Below, piece by piece: positions 1 through 13,190 of a DNA stretch of 64,000 nucleotides; positions within the stretch are counted from its first letter, which is position 1; each line of letters opens with the position of its first letter. The notes beneath the pieces are model-generated. The model was not told the DNA's origin. It saw nothing but the letters and a program-made list of their open reading frames with translations, and ran no database searches. The stretch comes from Octopus vulgaris (lineage: Eukaryota). The translations under genes and the position numbers were made by a program. The stretch covers positions 69,440,001-69,504,000 of the forward strand of contig OX597833.1 of NCBI GenBank assembly GCA_951406725.2, in the 5' to 3' direction.

Positions 1-99
1 TCAAGTGAATCGCAAATTGAATTTATTTGTCTTTGCTCTAACTTCCTTTAGGAACATATACATTCTGGAAGATCAAAAGCAAAACCTTATTTGATGACA

Positions 100-900
100 A
101 ACATGAAACAGATGGCATTTATTATGTTATCTTCGTTGCAGATTTTATAACTTACAGATCTTTTCAAGAACGCTTTGAGAAACCCGGTTTTCAGTTATAA
201 ATATGGTAATGGAAACATTGAGGTAAAACAGAATTCTGTGGAAGAATCTAGAGGTGAATGTTACAACAATAAAGGTGTTAATATGGCAACCGAGTACAAA
301 CAGGAGAATACAAAGAGAAATTATTTCAAGAAACTACTATTGCTATTTTTCATTAAGGATGTGAAATGCATTGAACCTGTCCGGTACAGATCGTAATTTA
401 TTGTGCCGAAAATTTACTTTTTGCCAGAACTAATGGAAGTGTCTATATCCTATGGAATTGTCAAAAAGGATGGTAAATACTTCTGACATATGCAAGTTCT
501 CAATCGTTGCATCGTATGTGAAGTGCTCGAAAATCAGCTAAAATCAATTCTTTAAACCATTTGCGTCAAACCACAATGCTATCAAATTAGCCCTGTAAGA
601 TTTTCAAGATCCCAATGTAATACCAAAAGCAGAAATAGAGAAAGTGGTTAGAAATTAAAAGAATAAAATATCATGCAGTATATAATGCATATTCGTGATA
701 TCCATCTTGTGTGCAATATTCTCGTTCCCATTACCATGTGCAGCTTGTAACGTCACTGTTGATATTGAAGTGGGCAGCATTGAAATGCGCAACAAAAATC
801 TGTATCAACTGCCAGATAAACTTCACATGATGTTGACAGAGTCAAAAGATGCTGCTAACAGTCTATCAATGAAGGCAAAAAGAAATTCTTGAGAAGCCAA
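100..900 (+). pseudogene. Possible decayed hAT-family (Tip100/ZMYM1-like) transposase fragment
   Basis: ORF 175-396 contains SRGECYNNKGVNMATEYK, resembling the CRGQxYDNGANMxGxYxG motif of hAT transposases. Flanking frames are broken by stops. Boundaries approximate. Confidence 0.4.
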
Positions 901-1609
901 GTCAAACGATGAAAGCTAAGCAAAAGATCTTGACACATGAAGGATCATTATTTCAGATACCTGCTTTTTGATTTTTTTTGCTCTTCGCCATTATCGATTC
1001 TGTCGTTTGTGCTATTTCAAAATATGAAACTGCAGTTGCGAAAATTTATAATATATCTTCATTCCTCTGACAATAACTGTCTTTCTTTGAGAATATTTTG
1101 TCCAAATGTTACTTGACGTTTGCAGAATTTACAATTGTTAGGTAAATGCCTGCGAATATTCAAATGAAATAATCATGAAATCTATGACACACTATGACAA
1201 ATCTTCCAATTAAAAATTAGGCCCATGTATTCAATTGACGAAAGCTTTAGATCACAATTATTCGGTGAATCACATCGCATTTTTTCATGACGCATCCTCG
1301 GTAGGAATTCCATTTATCGGCAACTCCAATAGAACGTGGAAGCTGAATGCTCAAAATTGATGAAATAATATTTGAAAACAAAGTCGGCATAAGGTCGTTC
1401 AGTAGAACTGACATGACTCAACACAAATTCGGAACCCTGTTAAAATATTCATTTAGAGACAATCTTTGCATACAAAAGCATTTCTGAAAAAGCAGACGAT
1501 CATTAGCAATAATTGAGTCATTGAAATTATGCTTCTTTCCTGGTTTAAATAAATGATGTGCCTAGGACGTACAACAGTCTCACTCTTGTCATGGCCTTGT
1601 CTGTGTATA

Positions 1610-1613
<4 letters not shown>

Positions 1614-1662
<49 letters not shown>
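1614..1662. repeat. (TA)n microsatellite
   Basis: Direct read. Confidence 0.95.
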
Positions 1663-1667
<5 letters not shown>

Positions 1668-3529
1668 CAGATATGTGCATATATGTATACATATATAACA
1701 ACGGAATTACATATGTGTGTGTCAATATATATGTGACCGTGTGTGTATATTTGAAGAAGGATTTGAACCACACACAGTGAAAAATATGTAGGAGGATTTG
1801 AACTACACACAGTGAAATATAATATAAATCCGCGTGAAGGATTTTTTGTATGGCTGCTATGTTTTAGTAGCGCTACCGGTAAACAATATAGACTGGTACT
1901 ACCTGCGGCATTTTGAAGAAAAATAATAATGTGTAATAGAAAAAAGAAAGAATCTTAAAGGGGATGTGTTGTGGTGGAGACACCCAAGTGAGAAGTGGGC
2001 AATTGCACTACTGATAAACAGTGAACACACACAGCAAGCAGTGTCAGTCGGTGAGGTACGCCGTACTGACCAGTCACGTAGACGACGAAGTTATGTCGTT
2101 ATTAATGCGGGACTTATCACTAACAATAAAGACATAATTACATTTGAATAATTACATTGAAATATAGTGGCTATTCTACGATCCAAACCATCACGCCACA
2201 GAAACCGAATTGCTTTCACGTAGCCATGGTCGTTGTATGCATGTGCGTACGTGCATGTTTATGTTCCTGTATATAAATATCTGCTTGTGTCCATAGGTAA
2301 GTGACGGTGCTCCCAGTGTTCAGTTTTATGAATAGGCGTTATACCGTGTTTCTTAACCCCAATGGCATTAGAAGAGCCCAGAAAAAGCACAACCAATACA
2401 CCATTTTATTGTACCCTATTTTCTACAAGTTTCTGTTTCCAACATATTGTTTTAAGCAGCAATCTTAACATTCTTCTAATTTTTGTTTTCATTCGATTTT
2501 TGTTATCTGATGACATCATTTCTCTTTGTTTGGAGTCACTAAACATCTTACTCAAGAAATCCTTGTCACATCACCGGTGCCAAACAGTTTTATGTTTGTA
2601 TATCCATGAAATTTCTTGATCTACGCAATATCCTCTTTCCGATAAAGATGTTATATTTTATCTCTATTTAGTAAACTTTCAGATAAATCTGATCGATAAA
2701 ACATAAGACAAATATATTTCCAGTCGTGACTATGAAGCGTTGTATATCAAAGAACAACAATATCTAATGAGTTCTGATTTTATGAAGACGTTACGTTGAC
2801 ATATGAGGGAACATGGGTGTTATTTCTAACAAGTTGATCGACCAGATAAAGGCCTCAACTACATTAAGTGTTTGATGTTGCCGTAGGATTCTGTCGTTTA
2901 AAGCACATTATGAATCTAAGATAGACACATATTTATAGATTTTATATACTTTATAGAGATTTATCCCCACCAATAATTGCCCAATCAGAGACTTAAAAAT
3001 AAAATACAGCTAACGGTAAAATATTACAAGACGGGAGTAAAATGAAAATTAATAGGAAAATGTGTCCGCCTGTCATAAACTGGCTAGAACGCATCCACTT
3101 AGATAAAATTCCGATTTGATTATTGTGATACGTAATATTCGAAATTTTGTACATAGAGATAACTTCTGCAGCACCACAACAAAAGCAAGAAGTGAAGATC
3201 TTAAATCTCATCAATACAGGTTAACGTATCAGTGTGCAATCTGTTACATGTATGAAGGACGTTGCATTGCTGAAGCCCTTTAAATTAGATAAATTGACAC
3301 AAGCAACAGGGCCTTCTCATATTGCTATCTCATCACGTGATATTGTTCGATGAGTATCGCAGCTTGGAAATATTGCATACGGAATATAGATTCATATTTA
3401 AATATTCCTTCTGCTCGAGCTTACCTTATCCAACGCATGTCAAAACTGCATTTGTTTACAGAGTTGAATTAATATGCTGAAAGAAGAAAACGTATCACAA
3501 AAATTTTTAATTATATTATATAACACAAA

Positions 3530-3758
3530 GGCGGCGAGCTGGTAGAACCGTTAGCACGCCGGGCGAAATGCGTAGCCATATTTCCGTCTGCCTTACGTTC
3601 TGAGTTCAAATTCGGCCAAGGTCGACTTTGCCTTTCATCCTTTCGGGGTCGATAAATTAAGTACCAGTTACACACTGGGGTCGATATAATCGACTAAATC
3701 CGTTTGTCGGTCCTTGTTTGTCCCCTCTATGTTTAGCCCCTTGTGGGTAATAAAGAAA
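3530..3758 (+). mobile_element. tRNA-derived SINE, family A, full-length monomer
   Basis: Starts GGCGGCGAGCTGG, with A-box-like TGGTAGAACCG and B-box-like GAGTTCAAATTC. Central block GCCTTTCATCCTTTCGGGGTCGATAAA (from memory resembles Meta/MESC-type SINE domains; unverified). Tail ...TAAAGAAA. More than 15 related copies in the window. Confidence 0.9.
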
Positions 3759-3929
3759 CATATACATTCATATTTAAATATTCCTTCTGCTCGAGCTTAC
3801 CTTATTCAACGCATGTGAAAACTGGATTTGTTTACGGAGTTGAATTAATATGCTGAAAGAAGAAAACGTATCAGAAAAAATATTTAATTATATTATATAA
3901 GACAGAGTAAATACAATTCACATTACATA

Positions 3930-4323
3930 TCTTTATATATAAAAGTGAGGTTGTGTGCTGTCTGTCTCCTACGATTTAGATTCCTAACTACTCCCACATT
4001 TTGCGGTGCAGTTTAACCAAAACCGGGTACTTATAGTCGTGATTCATATCGAGCCCTTCTGGGTATTAGCGCGCGTCTACGAAGAGTCTACGATTTAAAA
4101 AAAAATTACCATCAATTTTCCCCAATTTTTAATGCATTTTTGGCATATATAAGGGAAGTAACTCTCTAAAAATTTATTATTAAATCTCAGAACGTAAAAA
4201 GCTACTGTAACACCCCCCTTTGTGGTTAGCCATATTGAGATGGCTATTATACTTTACATCTCTAAAAATGCTTATATAGTTATTTCCCTTACAAACCCGA
4301 GCAACGCCGGGCGATACTGCTAG
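3930..4323 (+). mobile_element. Non-autonomous Helitron (394 bp)
   Basis: 5' end TCTTTATATATAAAAG preceded by A (3929). Subterminal GC hairpin CCCGAGCAACGCCGGG at 4296-4311. 3' end CTAG at 4320-4323 followed by T. A|T insertion with no TSD, the canonical Helitron termini. Confidence 0.8.
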
Positions 4324-4799
4324 TATTATATATATATATATTAGGGTTGTTACATAATCGTTATTCATTTATGCTACCTCAAGACTCATATAGTATTTTC
4401 ATATAGTGTAATAACTTTACAGTTCCATAATCACGTGGAATCACTATAATTACAGGATGTACAGTAATTACATCAGGAACATTTTATCGTAATGATATCC
4501 CAAGAGTGAATGCCCATCTTAAAATTATTCAAATAAAGTTTCTTGCGTGGCATATGAACGGGTCCTATTTTAAGATATGAACGGCTCCTATTTTCCTTTG
4601 ATTCTGAGCTAATTAAGAATAATTATTAGAAACAAAATAAAAACTTTTTACAATTCATTTTGCCACTCACTTCACTGTTGTTCAAAGCGGATGATAATAT
4701 ATTCATCAATTTAATTAATATCAATTTTATAGCGTAGTTGCGGACATTTCGATAAAATAGGGACCATATTTGTATTTGCGTTCTTAGAATATTATTATA

Positions 4800-6160
4800 T
4801 CAATGGCCTAGTCAAGTCCAGATACCTTTTTCTATTTTTCCAATATCTTTCTCTATGTTCATATTCATCGGCGTACCTCGTTTCAGTTTACGTAATGCAG
4901 AACAAAATCAATAAACTAATCTGTCATATTTTGCTATTTTCCCCTATAATTATTGTATCTGATTTCTTTGCGTAGGTTACAGTCATTTTGCGTTGATACA
5001 TTTCACAGATTCGTAGAATAGAAATTTACAATAATAGTCAGCGCTAGTAGTTTTTCGTAATCTAATTTGAATCAAAATGTCTACTAACTTCTAGATATAT
5101 CATTTGCACTTCCATTATCATAACTTTTGCTTTTCAAACAACTTCCTACGTTTACACAGAATATATGATTTAGATCTTCGTTTGCGCAGCCACATACTCA
5201 ACAATTACGCTCTCCTCGGTTGCTTTGTTATATATTTTACCATCACTTTTTATTCTAATCGCTAGTTCTACTCTAGACATAATGTAAGATTTGGTTTCAC
5301 TTGTATACTATACAAGTTTCAACCAATCCAATTGATTCTTTCCCATCATATCTACTTTGCGTAACAAATCTTCAATGCTGAATTTTCAGGATTTCATTGA
5401 TTCTATTCACTTTTGTTTGTGTTTTTGTCTCTCTATGTATTTATCACTGACATTAATGGATGTAGATATAAGCTTCTCAGTAATTTTCCTCTGCCATCTG
5501 TTTAGTTTTATAAAAGCTAAGTTTAGTTTGTCGTAAATATTACGCTGTGTTCGAAACCCGCATAACTGCATCGTTGTAAACCTCCGCATGATTCTAAATG
5601 CTTTCTGATGTACCTATACATCAACTTGATGTTTCAACTACACAAGGGAAGCTGCAGAATATATCAATATTGCTATATTCCCAGCGCTTGTTCATTTACA
5701 AATATTCCTTTCATTTCCATCTTATTCCTAAGAACCTTCTTATACTCAAATAGTATTCTACTCTATTTTTTTCTTTCAAATTAATTTCCTTCAATTCGCT
5801 CCCTTCTCATTATGCTCCTGCAGTCCTCTGAACTATTCATGATCTTTGCCCTTCTCCGCTGATCTGCTTGACTTTCTTTCGGAACGGGTCATTATTTATG
5901 ACGTTCATATTTTATTATAAACATCGCGCATTTGCCAATATCAAACATTTTTTTCCAATATTGAAATTTCTAGACGTCTTTATCATAGAATGCAGTAAGT
6001 TCTCATGCCTGGAGTAGAGTCTAAGGTTATCCATGAAATATTGCATAGTCTATGCCCCCTTTTTTCGTTTGGCTAAATGGCTTTTTCCATAATACAAGGG
6101 AGGGATATCAAATCAATAGCGAACAGAAATGGTGATTATGACTTTACTTGCTATATCTAA
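4800..6160 (-). pseudogene. Decayed R4/Dong-type non-LTR retrotransposon (RT, CCHC knuckle, RLE remnants)
   Basis: Minus-strand fragments in the expected order: SPFLFAI; YFMDNLRLYSRHENLLHSMIKTSRNFNIG / FDIGKCA (RT FMDD-like motif); DWLK..SETKSYIMSRVELAIR; NC*VCGCANEDLNHI (CCHC); PMNMNIEKDIGKIEK/YLDL (RLE). Many stops and frameshifts. Confidence 0.7.
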
Positions 6161-6705
6161 CAATCTTTATCATATACAAAATCTTATCACGCTTAGGCTA
6201 AGATGTAAGGTCACCCATGAATATTACATAGGCCATTCCTCTTTTCAAAAACAAACGCTGCAGACTAAATGCTATTTATTATAAGACATGTTTATCAAAG
6301 CAGAAGCAGACAGAAATTCTGATTATTAATCAACATTCAAAAGAAAAAAGAAAGGTTTCAATTTCGTGTACGGAAGCATTTATCAAGAACCAAATCTCAA
6401 ATCTCAAAGTCTTGAAACCTCTTCTTACCTCATCGATGCTGTCTATTGGCAGAATGATATATATATATATACATACAGACGCAGTCTCTCTCTTCCCCAC
6501 CCTCTCTCTCCTTCGCACACGCACGCACGTACATAAACACACACACACACACACACACACATGACAAATGAAAATATTTTCATTTGTCTTGCTCATTTTT
6601 AGATTTTGGTTTTTTGCTGAGATTTTTCTTGTGAACACTTTCTTCGGGGTAATGGCGATTTGACGTCTATGTTTAGCATATAGGCTGTCCACTTAAGTGG
6701 TCAGT

Positions 6706-6716
<11 letters not shown>

Positions 6717-6797
<81 letters not shown>

Positions 6798-6822
6798 TAT
6801 ATATATATATATATACATATAT
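6717..6822. repeat. (TA)n microsatellite
   Basis: Direct read. Confidence 0.95.
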
Positions 6823-6823
6823 A

Positions 6824-7233
6824 GGCGCAGGAGTGGCTGTGTGGTAAGTAGCTTGCTAACCAATCACATGGTTCCGGGTTCAGTCCCACTGCGTGGCATC
6901 TTGGGCAAGTGTCTTCTGCTATAGCCCCGGGCCGACCAATGCCTTGTGAGTGGATCTGGTAGACGGAAACTGAAAGAAGCCTGTCGTATATATGTATATA
7001 CAGGTATGTGTGTGTTTGTGTGTCTGTGTTTGTCCCCCTAGCATTGCTTGACAACCGATGCTGGTGTGTTTACGTCCCCGTCACCTAGCGGTTCGGCAAA
7101 AGTGGCCGATAGAATAAGGACTGGGCTTACAAAGAATAAGTCCCGGGGTCGATTTGCTCGACTAAAGGCGGTGCTCCAGCATGGCCGCAGTCAAATGACT
7201 GAAACAAGTAAAAGAGTAAAAGAGTAAAGGAGT
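6824..7233 (+). mobile_element. tRNA-derived SINE, family B, full length
   Basis: Head GGCGCAGGAGTGGCTGTGTGGTAAG with B-box-like GGTTCAGTCCC; CORE-like CTTGGGCAAGTGTCTT; internal TA/TG tract; tail GGCGGTGCTCCAGCATGGCCGCAGTCAAATGACTGAAAC followed by (AGTAAAAG)n. Near-identical copies at 34013, 48007 and 61268. Confidence 0.9.
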
Positions 7234-7269
7234 ATATACATATATATACATATATACATTCACTGTTTA

Positions 7270-7405
7270 TTTCTGTGTTCCTTTCTGTTGAAGAGCGTAA
7301 GCACGAAACGTAGAAGACTGTCTCACTACCCGAGCGTTAAACTAGTACATCTCCTTGTTGTTTATACACCCGTTTTTGTCTTTTGTTTTGTTTGCTTTGT
7401 TTTTA
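7270..7405 (+). mobile_element. Penelope-like terminal-repeat fragment with degenerate minimal hammerhead motif
   Basis: CTTT-CTGTTGA-A-GAGC-GTAA-GCAC-GAAA-CGTA-GAAG at 7281-7316. Downstream sequence resembles 31490-31560 and 47320-47345. Abuts a TA tract. The Penelope link is inferred. Confidence 0.55.
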
Positions 7406-7657
7406 AATAGAAAAGGTTCAACTCAGGCAGACTAAGATTAACATATAACATATACGGGTTTAATTAAGATAAAATAAGAATTGTCCAATCCGAGGCACGT
7501 ATTGATATATTAGAAATATAAAAATATAGAAATATAAAAGCATATTAATACTAAAAGTATACATGGACATATAGATATATAGATTTGTAAACATAAAAAT
7601 AATAGAATATAGATAAAAATGATAATAGAATCTAAGAAAAAAAGACGTTTTTAAAAG

Positions 7658-7927
7658 TTCTTCAATATCCTCCCGAAGAACCTAAGAGACCTGCATGGGG
7701 TGGATGCAGATGTCTTTAAAATGAAACTGGATCTCTTCTTGTCAGGTATCCCAAATGAGCCAACTTCACGGCAGGAGTTGCAGATGAGGGCAACTACATC
7801 GAACTCTCTCATGCACCAAATGGCAATTGCTAAAAAGCATTCGTGAAGTAAAATCATGTAGCAACACCAAATGGCGGTGCCCCAGCATGGCCACAGCTTG
7901 TGAGCTGAAACTAGATAAATAAATAAA
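7658..7927 (+). mobile_element. 5'-truncated CR1/L2-clade LINE 3' end (ORF2 C-terminus, 3' UTR, (TAAA)n tail)
   Basis: Frame from 7658 reads FFNILPKNLRDLHGVDADVFKMKLDLFLSGIPNEP...SNSLMHQ with stop at 7844-7846, matching the FNxLP...FKxxLDxFLxxIPDEP ORF2 end of CR1-like LINEs. Ends in a hairpin and ATAAATAAATAAAT. Confidence 0.75.
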
Positions 7928-8304
7928 TATATAATACAGAGAAAGTGATAGGCATTTAAAAGAGTTTTGGCTAATGTGTTAGAGGAAAATAGGGTGTTCC
8001 AACAATCGCTTCAGGAGTATATTCGTCCAGATTACATATGAATTTAAGATGCATTTCCATAGAATGCCCCCTTCAGGTAAAAATTGTAGCTATGCATTTA
8101 GTCTTTTTGGACTACATATAACAATATAATAACCTGACAGTCATACAAGGCTTAGAAAAATTGAAGGACCACTGCAATATGAGTGTGAATCTGAGAGGGG
8201 AATATGCTTCACAAAAACATATAAAACTGAATCTCCGGTATTTTCTTTTGCTCAATTCCAGCAAGTTTTCAGCACTCCCCCCGTGTGCGTGTGTGGATAT
8301 ATGC

Positions 8305-8411
<107 letters not shown>

Positions 8412-8574
8412 AATTTAAAATAATTTAAAATATATTATGTATCTTTTCATTTGTCTTGCTCGCTTAGTTTTGGCCTTTGCTAAATTTTCTTGAGAACATT
8501 CCTTTCTTAGTGGTAAGACCATAGCGGATCTTCTAGCATAATGGATGTCATCCTTCTTATATGTATATGTATAA

Positions 8575-8639
<65 letters not shown>

Positions 8640-8832
8640 CATATATAGGCCAAATTAAATTAAACTACGGTTTCTCGCCTATAAGAATTAAACTAGGTCT
8701 ACTCGCTAAATTATCTGCTGCCGTATACCTTTCACCAAGGAAAATACCTTCTGAGGTAATTACCAGAAGTGCCTTTGGATACTTCTATCCCTTAGAGGCT
8801 TTAAAAAACCTCTAACGTATACCTGCATTATG

Positions 8833-8921
<89 letters not shown>

Positions 8922-8945
8922 GATTCTTAAACAAGAATATCGTTG

Positions 8946-9960
8946 ACAGTGACTTCGAAATTTCGGCCATTGAAGCCATCGTCGGCTGCTTTTTGATGTT
9001 CAGATGAAAAAGATATTTAATGCGACGATTGGACAGAAATATAAAATCTGGATCGCGTCTTTCAATTATCAGCTGAAATATAAGATGCAGGTTACGTATC
9101 AGAGATGGAGGTATCGGGATATATATTACAGACTACCAGAAAGTATGATTTGTGATAGTGCCATTTATTCCCATATAAAAATCCTGAGGAGATTTATCAT
9201 CAAAGCCAATTACATCATACTCATTCCATCTTCCTTTTAAATTTGTATTCAGAGCCATTTTATGTAGTGTATTGTTTCTAAAGACAATTGGATATGGTTT
9301 AAGCAAAATCTTGCCGTTATCTTTAAGAGAGGATAAGAACATGTAGTTGTTTCTTTAATGTGATAATTGAAGTGGTGCCTAAGATAAGGATATACGAATA
9401 TTGCTGTAAAATGAAAGGGAAAAATATACAGGAACACAGTGCCATTCCAGTGCTTCAGCTCTTCAATATCTTCTTGAATTTTAGTAAAATCCACTTAATT
9501 ATCTCATAAAAGATGTGAAAGAACGGTGGAATAACAATCGCCATTGTTCATTTAAAATGTTCTCGCTATATATTCAGGTAAGACTTTGTGTTGATAAAGT
9601 AGGTTTTGTATGAGTGATGAAAGCCGTCTTGTGGTTTGTGAGATAATACTTACGATCGAAAAGTGCCGTTTACGTTGCAGGGTTTCTTTATTTCTTATGT
9701 GGTGCAAGAATAATCTTTCGGTTAATAGGTTTGGTCCGCAACGATGTGCTTTCAAGTTTGACTCGATGTGATGCTGAAGGCTATTTGGCCACTCTCTCCC
9801 CTCCATAAGTGTAATTGTATAGCTGGCTGTTCGTGGTGTTAGTTATAGCTTCTTTAAATGTGCTTGGCAAAAACTAGAGATCGAAGATACCCTATTCCTT
9901 TCTTGTGCACCATCATCTCTTTCTGGTTCACATGTGTCAGTGTTTATTATATGGAAACCA
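8946..9960 (-). pseudogene. Possible decayed Penelope-like element ending in a degenerate hammerhead motif
   Basis: Minus strand has an IVA(G)PNLLTERL-like segment near 9710-9745, similar to the Penelope RT motif RPIxAGP..T.RLS. It ends in CCGACGA-T-GGC..GCC-GAAA-TTTCGAAG-TC at 8946-8990. Heavily decayed. Confidence 0.35.
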
Positions 9961-10039
9961 TTTTATCAGTGATAAAAGTAAGTTGGTGTGATAACAGTAA
10001 CTTTTTAAATATTTTCATAATAGTGGTAATATTGGTACA

Positions 10040-10230
10040 ACGTCTGCAATTCCGGGAAGGGAGCTGAGTCGACTACATCCACCCCACCACTCGTCTGGTG
10101 TTTATTTTCTCGAACCCGACATAATGAAATGCTAAGTCGACGTCTGTGGAACTTCACCTCAGAATGTAAAGAGGGACGAAAAGCCGCTAAGCATTTGGAC
10201 TGGTGTCGTAACGATTCTGCCATCACGCCG
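10040..10230 (-). mobile_element. Old, diverged SINE A copy
   Basis: Colinear diverged match to family A on the minus strand (GTCGACTACATC...CTCAGAATGTAAAG...GCTAAGCATTT...TAACGATTCTGCCA). Confidence 0.7.
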
Positions 10231-10642
10231 CGATATTATTTCCTAATATTGTAATATGGGTAAGGAATAGCAGTATAACAGTATTGCTAGCAGATTACAT
10301 TATTTATTTGCAACTACTAATGTCTGTGCTGAAATCCCACCCCAATATATTTGGCCTTTCACCTTCCAAATATGTTACAGGTGAAAAGTGCATTTAATTT
10401 TGTCTCTGAGCGATGAACAGCGTACTAAAATCAAAGTAGCATTTTCCTAAGTAAGCCATTAACAGAAATGTAATCAAATACCTTAGAACGGTACAGATTG
10501 AATTTCTTCTTCGATGTGTTATAACCTAATATATGCACCTAAAATAAATTTTATCACTAATGCTTAATGTTTCACTCAAGTATCCGTGCGTTTATTTTTT
10601 TTTTCCATCTAACTACTCCTCTTCGCAAATGTTCTTTCTCTT

Positions 10643-10742
<100 letters not shown>

Positions 10743-11058
10743 TACGTTCTTTATGTTCATGCTCACATATATTGGAAATTTGCTGTGTTTTGGCTGCACC
10801 TTTGCGAAAATGTACGACCTTTCAACCTGAAGTGAAATGCCAACTCAAAAATTGAATATCACATTTCTTAAGTAAGCAATTTTTACTGGTATTTCATTTT
10901 AGAAAACCACATCGAAATCTTGTGACTGTCTTGGTGCACAGGAGCGGAGTATTAAAATAATGTTGTAAAGCACCTTTAACAGTGTTCACTGAGTTCTCCA
11001 GTGTTAGAGAGGCTGAGGTATCTCCAGCATTAGAGAGGCTGAGGAATCTCTTCCAGAA

Positions 11059-11290
11059 GGCGTCGAGCTGGCAGAAATGTTAGCACACCGGGCGAAATGC
11101 GTAGCCGTATTTCGTCTGCCGTTACGTTCTGAGTTCAAATTCCGCCGAGGTCGACTTTGCCTTTCATCCTTTCGGGGTCGATAAATTAAGTATCAGTTAC
11201 GCACTGGGGTCAATATAATCGACTTAACCCGTTTGTCTGTCCTTGTTTGTCCTCTCTGTGTTTAGCCCCTTGTGGGTGGTAAAGAAATAG
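11059..11290 (+). mobile_element. SINE A full-length monomer with ~15-bp TSD
   Basis: Family A sequence flanked by AGGAATCTCTTCCAG (11042-11056) and AGGTATCTCTTCCAG (11289-11303). Confidence 0.9.
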
Positions 11291-12379
11291 GTATCTCTTC
11301 CAGTTTTCTTGGGGATACAAAACAAGAACATCAGCATTTGAATTAAATTATTTTGAGGTTAATCTCGATGTTGTTTAATACCAACTCAGCTTGATGAAGA
11401 ATAGCATTCTGTAATCCGGCCTTTTATGCCTTTCTTTTGTGCAGATGTCAGGTTACTTATATTACTCTACCCATTGGAGTCTGTAAGGCGGCGGATAATT
11501 CAAGAGAAACGTACACACTTTTTGTATCAAATCAAACTGCCTTGTAACGGCTTCCTCGTTGGTTCATGAGAATATTGGTAGTTCGCTGTTATATTATTCA
11601 TTTATAACCATAAATATTTGAGTTCAAATCCCACCGATATGGACCACGGCTTCCGGGTTCCAAGGTCGATAAAATAATTTCCATTAATAAACTAGAAGAA
11701 GAATCATTCGATTCTATCCTTACCATATAGAGTGCTGACCTTGTGCCATTCTAAGAAATCAATAAGAATTTCTAGCGTTATATTGATTTTTTTGTCTTTG
11801 GCATCCTATGTAGTAATAATAGGAATGTAAACACTAGGTTATCGACTTTAGTATTCAATAGAGAATAATAATCTATCAGATTTATACTATGATGAATGAT
11901 GTTCGACGCTGAAGTAACATTTCAGCTGTTTCGATAATTTAATGTATCTTAGTGTCGTTCCGTGTCAAGTTATTATTAAAGACTTTTGAGACGCCTTGTA
12001 AGATCTATGGCATTACACACCAGCTTCTCTAACGACACAACGATCAGAAGGTATATCAAGTTTATAGCTGCACACATTTATTTTATTGTCTGCCTAATGG
12101 GGTTTTATTCAGGTGAGAAATTCTAGACATCGTATTATATCAAACTAGTCGCGTTAAAAAGAAATTGACATGAATATCGATCTAGACCAGTAAAGCATAT
12201 AACATATGGAGAATATACACTACAGAAGAAGGGAGGATCGGTCAATCACATCGAAGAATAATCAATATGAGCTCAAATATGCATATGTATCGATACCGTT
12301 ATTAAAGTCCCGACTGCCAATTCGATACATTTATTCCCGCGTTTAACCAGCATCAATTAGTTCAGGTATGACGCAATAT

Positions 12380-12417
12380 TTATTATTCATTTTATTATTA
12401 TCATTATTATTATTGTT

Positions 12418-12488
<71 letters not shown>

Positions 12489-12490
12489 CA

Positions 12491-12563
<73 letters not shown>

Positions 12564-12607
12564 CATTGTGATTTTTATTATTATTATAATTATTATTATC
12601 ATTATTA

Positions 12608-12642
<35 letters not shown>
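12380..12642. repeat. (TTA)n trinucleotide microsatellite
   Basis: Direct read; explains the poly-N/L/I ORFs. Confidence 0.95.
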
Positions 12643-12827
12643 GTGATTTTGTTTGTTTGTTAATAAGGCGCGGTCTTCATTGCACAAGTGAAGAATTGTT
12701 CTTACCAAATACGCTGGCTAGTTTTTATTCCCACTCTACCGATTTTGGCTGTTTTTATATAAAGCTTCGTGTCGACTTGTGAGTGAAATGATAGCCGAAG
12801 ATACTGGGTGTGCGTGTGTGTGTATAC

Positions 12828-13190
12828 GTGAGTGAGTGATGAGTGAGTGCGTGAATGAGTGAGTGAGTAAATGGGTGAGTGAGTGAGTGAGTGAGAGAGG
12901 GAGTGAGTGAGTGAGTGGGTGAGTGAGTGAGTGAGTAAGTGAGTAAATGAGTGAGTGAGTGAGTGGGTGAGTAAATGAGTGAGTGAGTGAGTAAATGAGT
13001 GAGTGAGTGAGTGAGTGATGAATGAGTGATGAGTTAGTGAGTGAGTGATTAATGAGTGATGAGTGAGTGAGTGAGTGAGTAAGTGAGTAAATGTGTGTGT
13101 GAGTGAGTGAGTGAGCGAGTGAGTGAGTCAGTGAGTGAGTGAGTCAGTCAGTGAGTAAATGAGTGCGTGAATGAGTACGTGAGTGAGTGA
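12828..13190. repeat. Imperfect (GAGT)n tetranucleotide microsatellite
   Basis: Direct read. Confidence 0.95.

Noticed and set aside
1757-1820. Short tandem duplications (also 11004-11050 and 58862-58925)
   Set aside because: Two or three copies of 20-36 bp; ordinary slippage products.
2360-2940. Possible Penelope GIY-YIG region
   Set aside because: No GIY or YIG motif could be read in any frame I checked.
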